From positions 1 to 42,589 of the forward strand of contig BTVY01000053.1 in NCBI GenBank assembly GCA_045863335.1: 42,589 nt of DNA. Direction: 5' to 3'. A model generated the notes under the pieces. It was not told where the DNA came from, searched no databases, and worked only from the letters and a program-made list of their open reading frames with translations. The translations under genes and the position numbers were made by a program. Every line of letters begins with the position of its first letter. Within the stretch, counting starts at the first letter, position 1. Of the stretch, positions 36,296 through 42,589 are shown one piece after another. The DNA is from Candidatus Hydrogenedentota bacterium (GTDB taxonomy: Bacteria; Hydrogenedentota; Hydrogenedentia; Hydrogenedentales; SLHB01).

Positions 36296-37042
36296 CTACC
36301 AACTTCCGTAGCAGTGGCCGGGCATCTGGGGTGGGACGCTCCCGAACGTTTCGGCGCTGACGCGGGTTGCGGGGAAGTAGCTGGAGTTGTTGTAGTGGGA
36401 GTACTTCACAAATTCCACGTGGCCGTCCATGTGCAGAATGTTGATTCCAATGGGCAGATGCGCAAATTCGTCCGGCCGCAGGGGTACGCGATCCCAAAGG
36501 ACCGGCTGATCGGTTTGCGAGGCGCACGACACGCGTCCGCTGTTCGGGAACGATGGAACGAGCAGGTTCAGGTTCTCCATGGAACCGGCGGGCCATTGGT
36601 TGGATGTGGCGTCGAAGAGCGCGACGGCCTGCTCGTCGGAACAGATGGCGTAGCCGGTGTAGATGTAGTAGAGGGAGGATACGCACTCCGGCTGCGGAGT
36701 GGCCTCTCGTCCCGCGCCGGAGAAGGCGACGGCCGTCCGGAAGGGACTGGACGGGCATATGAGGATCTCCAGATCGCTCAGGTACTCGGGGTAAAGCGCC
36801 GTGGCGTCGACCATCCAGTTGTCGCGATAGGGGCTCAGTGGCGGATAAGCCCCTCTCTTGTTCTCGTTGGCGAACATCTTGAACACGATCCCCATTTGCT
36901 TGAGGTTATTCTGGCAGGAGGCGCGTCGCGACGCTTCTCGCGAACGGCTGAGGGCGGGCGTCAAGACCGCGGCCAGGATTCCGATCATCCCAACCCCGGC
37001 GATGAACTGGAGCAGGAACTTCCGATTGACGTAGCCTTTCAT
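36296..37042 (-). CDS. DUF1559-type prepilin-like protein with H-X9-DG motif
   Basis: IGILAAVLTPALSRSREASRRASCQNNLKQMG; HLPIGINILHMDGHV. Confidence 0.85.
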   Translation of the reverse strand: MKGYVNRKFLLQFIAGVGMIGILAAVLTPALSRSREASRRASCQNNLKQMGIVFKMFANENKRGAYPPLSPYRDNWMVDATALYPEYLSDLEILICPSSPFRTAVAFSGAGREATPQPECVSSLYYIYTGYAICSDEQAVALFDATSNQWPAGSMENLNLLVPSFPNSGRVSCASQTDQPVLWDRVPLRPDEFAHLPIGINILHMDGHVEFVKYSHYNNSSYFPATRVSAETFGSVPPQMPGHCYGSW

Positions 37043-39342
37043 GACTCAGCCTCTTGCGTAGTCGTAGATCCGACCGATCGGACTGATCGGACCGATTCGA
37101 CGGATCGGGCCACAATAGGAGCGAGCGTTAGGAAGGCCGCCAGGAGCACGCCGTAGACCGCTGGAGTAAGGCTGATTGCAGTGAAATGCCTGACCGCGGC
37201 AAGTGCAACAGCCATGAACAGCGCGGTAAGGAGAACCAACCTTGCCTTCCCCCTCTTCTGGATTTTTCGGATAACGACAGCAAGTACGGCCCGTGCAAGG
37301 ATCGCTCCTGCGGCGAACAACGCAGTGGTCTTCAGCAATCCGAGCGCCGCATCGGCCCAACGCGGATAAGTGGTGACCTGGAGGTTGAGCGTTTCCCCTT
37401 GCGTCGTCAGGACGGTGTGGAAGCTGTACGGGATGCCGGTCCGCGGCAGATCGATGGGAACCGGGAGCACGCCCGCGATGGCGGAGACGGAGGACCCGAC
37501 GCCGGCCTGTTGTTGTTCCAGTGGCGGCCCCTGGTATCTCTGACTGGGGCCTTCTACACCAGAGGCGGCGGGATTGTTGATATCCGTAACGAAGAATCGT
37601 TGGACCCCTTCCTGCAAGCGCGGAATCATCTCCATGCGCGCGCCCTCCGTCGTGGGACGGACCATGTCAACGGACCCGCGCGCTTGATACTCATGCGGTT
37701 TGAGGTCGCCGTCCGATGACAACAGGCGGCGCGATTCGGGAAGCAGAACTGTCCAAGAGACCTCGCCCGCCATGATGTCCGTCGCGGGGGCCTGCAATCC
37801 GAACGTGTGCGACAGGCCTTTCGGTTCGTCGACGTGCGTCATGTAGAGCAACTCGACCGGGAACGAACCCAGCCGGCGGTCGATTTCAACAGACTTGAAC
37901 AGTGGGACGAGCACCGCCCCCGAATCGCCGTCCCGCGCGGGTTTGACGACCTGCCCGCCGACGCGGGCCGACCAGACTTCGGCATCTGGCGCGAGTTCGA
38001 CGCGCAGGAACTGGCGCACGCTGTTGCGCACCTCGTAGACCGAGCGCGTCACGACCATGCCATCTTCGGTGATGACTGTTTCGTGGCTCGCGTGCTCGAT
38101 AGTGGAGTCCGGCATGGGGACGTCTTCCAATCGGCGCACGAGCAGGGGCAGATCGCGGGCGCCTTCCGTGTAGCGGAAGGCAAGCAGGATCGGTTTGGGT
38201 GATAACGCGCGCACCTCGGCGGGTAGCTCACCGGAGTCGATTCGGGTCAACCCTTGCAGGCTCTCCCCCGGACTGATCTCGACGTTTCCGAGTGCAATGA
38301 CGCCGACGTAGCCCGACTCGCGGACGACACCAGGCGTCTGCAAATCGGGAATGCGAATATTGTCCCCGTCGTAAGGCATCTCGTAGGTCACTTCGAGGTC
38401 GAATGCGTCTTCCACGGAATGGTTGAGCTTCACATCGATAGCGACCGAATCCTCTTCCGGATTCTGCGACCATGCGACGCCCTGCCCAACCACGTCCAGC
38501 AGATTCGCATCCCCGGGAAGACGCAGTGCAAAGGTATCCACCGCGCCGCGAAGTACCGCAAAGCGCAGCAGGGTCCTGCAGGAGACGTAGTTTTCGGTCA
38601 GTTCGGTCAAGGTCCACGCGGTGCAGGCGACGCGGGGTTCCACGCGCGCGGGCGGTTTGGGCAACTCGGCGGGCAACGTGTACTGAATGGCGATGGTCTT
38701 CGTCGGTTTGAACGCGATGTCCGCCTGCAACCGGTCCCCCTGCCGGTTGACGGCGATGTTCGTCGCCATGGGTGACCGGACTACGGCGTCCTTTGCGGGG
38801 GTGGTAAGCGTCATTTGGGTAACGGGCGCTTCCGCACAAGGAAACTTGAAGGAGACCACGCCATCCTGCGACGTCGCGTTCACGTAAAACTCGACCGCGA
38901 GCGTGTGCTCACCGGGTTCGTTGAGGAGCAGCGTGAGCCAATCCTGCTGGTCCCCCACAAGGTGCGCCGGTTCGCCGTCGAGCCGCACGGAGGATAGCCC
39001 GACCGTGTTTCCCAAGACGGGAATGCGGCTCCAGGTCGCGTCATCGTAGACGTGGATGGTGAGTTCGCCCTGTACTCGCACGGACGTGGCTTCGGGAGCG
39101 GAGGCCGTGTAGTGCGCCGCGGCAATGGTCCAGGGCACGGGCGGTTTCGGCTTCTCTTTCTCGCGCATTTCCTCCCGCTCCGCTTTCTGAAGCGCTTCGA
39201 CGAGGGCTTTGAAATCCGTCCACGGCACGGACATCGACGCCTGGGGCAGGTTGGGCAAAGTGTCGCTCGGCGGCGGAGAATCGGGAACATCCTGGGCATA
39301 GACCGCCCCCACACACAAGAATATCGGCAGAAGGTACCGCAT
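37039..39342 (-). CDS. Large exported beta-rich protein with C-terminal TM helices (hypothetical)
   Basis: Signal peptide (AVYA|QD), three C-terminal hydrophobic helices, GGAGG RBS, ATGA overlap with the downstream gene. Confidence 0.75.
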   Translation of the reverse strand: MRYLLPIFLCVGAVYAQDVPDSPPPSDTLPNLPQASMSVPWTDFKALVEALQKAEREEMREKEKPKPPVPWTIAAAHYTASAPEATSVRVQGELTIHVYDDATWSRIPVLGNTVGLSSVRLDGEPAHLVGDQQDWLTLLLNEPGEHTLAVEFYVNATSQDGVVSFKFPCAEAPVTQMTLTTPAKDAVVRSPMATNIAVNRQGDRLQADIAFKPTKTIAIQYTLPAELPKPPARVEPRVACTAWTLTELTENYVSCRTLLRFAVLRGAVDTFALRLPGDANLLDVVGQGVAWSQNPEEDSVAIDVKLNHSVEDAFDLEVTYEMPYDGDNIRIPDLQTPGVVRESGYVGVIALGNVEISPGESLQGLTRIDSGELPAEVRALSPKPILLAFRYTEGARDLPLLVRRLEDVPMPDSTIEHASHETVITEDGMVVTRSVYEVRNSVRQFLRVELAPDAEVWSARVGGQVVKPARDGDSGAVLVPLFKSVEIDRRLGSFPVELLYMTHVDEPKGLSHTFGLQAPATDIMAGEVSWTVLLPESRRLLSSDGDLKPHEYQARGSVDMVRPTTEGARMEMIPRLQEGVQRFFVTDINNPAASGVEGPSQRYQGPPLEQQQAGVGSSVSAIAGVLPVPIDLPRTGIPYSFHTVLTTQGETLNLQVTTYPRWADAALGLLKTTALFAAGAILARAVLAVVIRKIQKRGKARLVLLTALFMAVALAAVRHFTAISLTPAVYGVLLAAFLTLAPIVARSVESVRSVRSVGSTTTQEAES

Positions 39343-39424
39343 TATGTTCGCCCTCCCGGTCGGCTGCCTGGTTTTACGACCATTTCTGCATCCAGTACGT
39401 ATCGAGGAAGGGAAGGTTCACTTC

Positions 39425-39629
39425 GTAGGACGGGAATGATTCCCGTCCCGGGAGTTCAAGTGCGATGGACCGTTTTGTCAATCCGATGTTTGCAGGCAGC
39501 CCCAGGTAAACCGCACAGACGAGGCGCCTCGCATATCTGTGCGCCCACAGATTTGGAGCAGACTCAGAGGCACACGTTAAAGACGGACTTACCGAGAACG
39601 GGACTGATAGGGAATCATTCCCGACCTGC
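39425..39629. repeat. GTAG-type REP doublet (REPIN-like), copy 2
   Basis: GTAGGACGGGAATGATTCCCGTCC (39425-39448, +) and GCAGGTCGGGAATGATTCCCTATC (39606-39629, -). Confidence 0.75.
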
Positions 39630-39706
39630 ATTCGGGACTGGCAACTGCTCGCGGTTTTCCCTACAGTGGTGGGGGTCTGGTTTAGGAACCGGGGAAAGGA
39701 CGAACG

Positions 39707-41173
39707 ATGAGGGCACTTCGTTTTTTGGTTTTGATTCTTGTCGCTGCGGCGGCGGCGCAAGCGCAGTTTATCAATGTCGGATCCGACTTGCAGCCGGTGA
39801 TCGACAGTCTGTTGATTCAGAATTTCGGCGGGAAGGCGCATTTTCAATTGCACTCCCCCACGCCGCAGGAGATATCGCTGGTCTTTGATGAGCCGTGGGA
39901 AGGGAACGCCTGCAACTACGTCACGGTGTTTCAAGACGGCGACCGCTATCGCATGTACTACAAGGGCGACAATCTGACCGTCGGCGAGAAGTTGGAGTCC
40001 CATCCCCTGGTAGCCTGCTACGCGGAAAGCACCGACGGCATTCATTGGGTGAAACCGAAGCTCGGACTGTTCGACTATGAAGGTTCGACCGAAAACAACA
40101 TCGTCTGGATCGGTGCGGGGTCCCACGACTTTGCACCGTTCATCGACGCCAATCCGAATTGCCCGCCGGAAACGAAATACAAGGCGGTCGCAAACGGCAA
40201 TAGTGACCTTGTAGCGTTCATATCGCCGGATGGCATTCACTGGAGCCCGCTTCAGGACGGACCGATTATTACGGACGGTGCGTTTGACAGCAACAACATC
40301 GCGTTCTGGGACCCAAACACGCAGGAGTACCGCGCCTTCATCCGCGATTTCAAAGATGGCGTTCGTGACATCAAGATGGCGACATCGAAAGATTTCATCA
40401 CGTGGACGGAGCCGGTGTGGCTGGACTATCCCGGCGCGCCGACCGAGCAACTGTACACGAACAACATCATTCCCTATTTTCGCGCGCCGCAAATCTATCT
40501 GGGTTTTCCCACGCGGTATGTGGAGCGGGGTTGGACCGATTCGACGCGCGCGCTGCCGGGATTGGAGAATCGCGAGAACCGCTCGAAACTTCAGGAACGG
40601 TACGGGATGGCGATCACGGACGGCCTCTTCATGACGAGCCGCGACGGGCGCACCTTCCACCGCTGGAGCGAGACCTTTCTCCGTCCGGGCATTCAGCGTC
40701 CTGACACCTGGGCCTACGGCGATAACTACCAGTGCTGGGGCGTCGTGACGACGATGTCGGCCCTGGAAGGTGCGCCGGACGAGCTGTTGGTCTACGCGAC
40801 GGAAGGGTACTGGACCGGAACGAGCAGCCAGTTGCGACGATACACCTTGCGGATGGACGGGTTTGTGTCCGTTCACGCGTCCATGGCAGGCGGGGAGATC
40901 ATGACGCGGCCTCTCGTATTTGAAGGCAAGGAACTCGCGCTCAACTTCGCTACGTCAGCGGCCGGCAGTATTCGGGTCGAAGTGCTTGATGTAGGCGCCG
41001 AACCCATCGAAGGATTCACGGCGGACGACTCCACCGAGATCTTCGGCGACGAACTGGCGCGTGTTGTGACGTGGAAGAATGGCAATGACTTATCCGCACT
41101 GTCGGGAACGCCAATCCGCCTGCGGTTTGTGATGAACGACGCCGATTTGTACGCATTCCAGTTTCGGCCATGA
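39707..41173 (+). CDS. Exported five-bladed beta-propeller glycoside-hydrolase-like protein
   Basis: Signal peptide; PWEG, YRMYY, ESTDGIHWVKP, SPDGIHW, SKDFITW, SRDGRTF, LRMDGFVS. Confidence 0.75.
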   Translation: MRALRFLVLILVAAAAAQAQFINVGSDLQPVIDSLLIQNFGGKAHFQLHSPTPQEISLVFDEPWEGNACNYVTVFQDGDRYRMYYKGDNLTVGEKLESHPLVACYAESTDGIHWVKPKLGLFDYEGSTENNIVWIGAGSHDFAPFIDANPNCPPETKYKAVANGNSDLVAFISPDGIHWSPLQDGPIITDGAFDSNNIAFWDPNTQEYRAFIRDFKDGVRDIKMATSKDFITWTEPVWLDYPGAPTEQLYTNNIIPYFRAPQIYLGFPTRYVERGWTDSTRALPGLENRENRSKLQERYGMAITDGLFMTSRDGRTFHRWSETFLRPGIQRPDTWAYGDNYQCWGVVTTMSALEGAPDELLVYATEGYWTGTSSQLRRYTLRMDGFVSVHASMAGGEIMTRPLVFEGKELALNFATSAAGSIRVEVLDVGAEPIEGFTADDSTEIFGDELARVVTWKNGNDLSALSGTPIRLRFVMNDADLYAFQFRP

Positions 41174-41179
41174 TTTCCC

Positions 41180-41328
41180 AGGAGGGCGGACATTCCTCTC
41201 CGCCAACACCAAGGACTTTAGGATCGAAGCAGGCGAGATACCTGAACAAGAAGTTCGATGTGCCGGTGTTCGCAAGCAACCTCATTCGTTGAGGCTTTCG
41301 AGTGGCGGGTTGGAAAACCCGCCCTCCT
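41180..41328. repeat. Third REP-like inverted doublet
   Basis: AGGAGGGCGGACATTCCTCTCCGCC (41180-41204, +) and AGGAGGGCGGGTTTTCCAACCCGCC (41304-41328, -). Confidence 0.6.
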
Positions 41329-41370
41329 ATTCCGCCGAGATTCAATTCTTTCATCCATAAGGAGAGACAC

Positions 41371-42486
41371 ATGATTCGTAGAGCGTCGCTAACAATCGCC
41401 GTTGTATTCGCGATGGGCGCAGCCTTCGCCCAAGATGCAATCGATTCGGCAACCGCAACGAAAGGCGAGAACGGTATCCTCTGGTACAACGCACTGGAAA
41501 TCGGCCTTGAAGGCAAAGGTTGGACGGATACGGAGCATCCCTACGACCGGCTGCCCAGCAAAGCCAAGGGAGTCGTGCCCGATCCGGTGTGGAGTTTATC
41601 GCACGATTCCGCGGGAATGGCGGTACGTTTCGTGACCGACGCTTCAGCAATCCGCGCGCGCTGGACCGTGCGCGATGAAGGCCTTGCCATGCCGCATATG
41701 CCTGCGACCGGGGTCAGCGGATTGGACCTCTACGTGCGTGGCGGCGACGGGTGGGGCTGGATCGCACAGGGCAGGCCGTCGGCGGTGAGCAATGAAGCCG
41801 AACTGGCGACGGGCATTCCGGAAGGGTCCCACGAGTATCTCCTCTATCTCCCGCTATATAACGGAACGGAATCTCTGGAGATCGGCATTCCGGAATCGGC
41901 CACCTTGAGTAAAGCGCCGGCGCGGCCTGAAGACCATGCGAAGCCCGTGCTGGTCTACGGAACGTCCATCGTTCACGGGGGTTGCGCGGCGCGTCCGGGG
42001 ATGGCTTACCCAGCAATCATGGGACGCTGGCTCGATCGTCCTTTCATCAATCTCGGGTTCTCCGGAAATGGGAAGATGGAAATCGAGATGGCCGACCTGC
42101 TTGGCGAACTCGATTGCGCGGTGTACGTCATCGATTGCGCGCCAAACATGGCGCCGGAGCTGATCGCGGAACGGGTAGTGCCGTTCGTGAAGCGGCTGCG
42201 CGAGATCCAGCCGGAGACGCCGATTCTCCTCGTTGAGAACATCGAGTACCAGGCGGGCTGGTTCATCCCGGCAAAGCGGGATGCCTACGTGAACAAGAAC
42301 GTGGAGTGGAAGAAAGCCTTCGATACCTTGCAGGCGGATGGTGTGGCGAATCTGCATTACTTCCCCTGTGACGCTTTGCTGGGTGACGACCACGAAGGAA
42401 CGGTCGACGGGACGCATCCCACGGACCTCGGGTTCTATCGCATGGCGCAAGCCTTGGAGCCCATTGTGCGCGAACTTTGCGACTAG
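41371..42486 (+). CDS. Exported SGNH/GDSL hydrolase (GxDLY N-terminal domain)
   Basis: AAGGAG RBS, signal peptide, GLDLY, YGTSIVHG, NLGFSGNG, DGTHP. Confidence 0.88.
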   Translation: MIRRASLTIAVVFAMGAAFAQDAIDSATATKGENGILWYNALEIGLEGKGWTDTEHPYDRLPSKAKGVVPDPVWSLSHDSAGMAVRFVTDASAIRARWTVRDEGLAMPHMPATGVSGLDLYVRGGDGWGWIAQGRPSAVSNEAELATGIPEGSHEYLLYLPLYNGTESLEIGIPESATLSKAPARPEDHAKPVLVYGTSIVHGGCAARPGMAYPAIMGRWLDRPFINLGFSGNGKMEIEMADLLGELDCAVYVIDCAPNMAPELIAERVVPFVKRLREIQPETPILLVENIEYQAGWFIPAKRDAYVNKNVEWKKAFDTLQADGVANLHYFPCDALLGDDHEGTVDGTHPTDLGFYRMAQALEPIVRELCD

Positions 42487-42522
42487 ACCTTGTTCGCAAA
42501 TTTCTGGTAGTGGATCAAAATC

Positions 42523-42543
42523 ACATCCCCCTTAATCCCCCTT
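42523..42543 (+). repeat. Truncated CCCCCTT REP-like element
   Basis: ACATCCCCCTTAATCCCCCTT matches the 21926/22094 arms but lacks the AAGGGGG half of the hairpin. Confidence 0.6.
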
Positions 42544-42589
42544 CACTCTTGTCCTAAACAGGATTTTGAGTCTTCTCATAGAAATGCCC

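Noticed and set aside
39374-40876. 500-aa minus-strand ORF (likewise 19207-20409, 31162-32283, 32499-33608)
   Set aside because: Shadow or alternate-frame ORFs of clearly identified genes in GC-rich DNA

Overview
GC-rich bacterial chromosomal segment. The gene repertoire (DUF1559/H-X9-DG pilin-like protein, TMTC-like glycosyltransferase, many exported hydrolases) suggests Candidatus Hydrogenedentota or a similar PVC-like organism; this is inference only. It holds about 34 protein-coding genes; I saw no rRNA, tRNA or CRISPR array. From left to right: (1) an MBOAT + SGNH envelope O-acylation pair; (2) a tightly coupled four-gene operon (2782-10069) encoding a TIR/pseudokinase/FGE-sulfatase protein, a MoxR-type AAA+ ATPase, a TraB/TIKI-like protein and a TPR protein, which is the best candidate for an undescribed defence/conflict system; (3) a receiver + degenerate GGDEF regulator; (4) a more AT-rich cassette with an Abi/HEPN-like protein and a cytoplasmic trypsin-like protease; (5) paralogous lipoproteins with a TMTC-like glycosyltransferase; (6) an hflX-NUDIX-radical SAM cluster with three B12-binding radical SAM enzymes; (7) a sialidase-like gene, msrBA, a ceramidase-like gene and anmK; (8) a Y1/HUH (RAYT-like) transposase flanked on both sides by inverted REP clusters that enclose tandem copies of a ~138-bp structured unit; (9) a pilin-like operon and two exported hydrolases. 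At least four different REP-like palindrome families occur. All calls come from motifs read by eye; no database searches were run.
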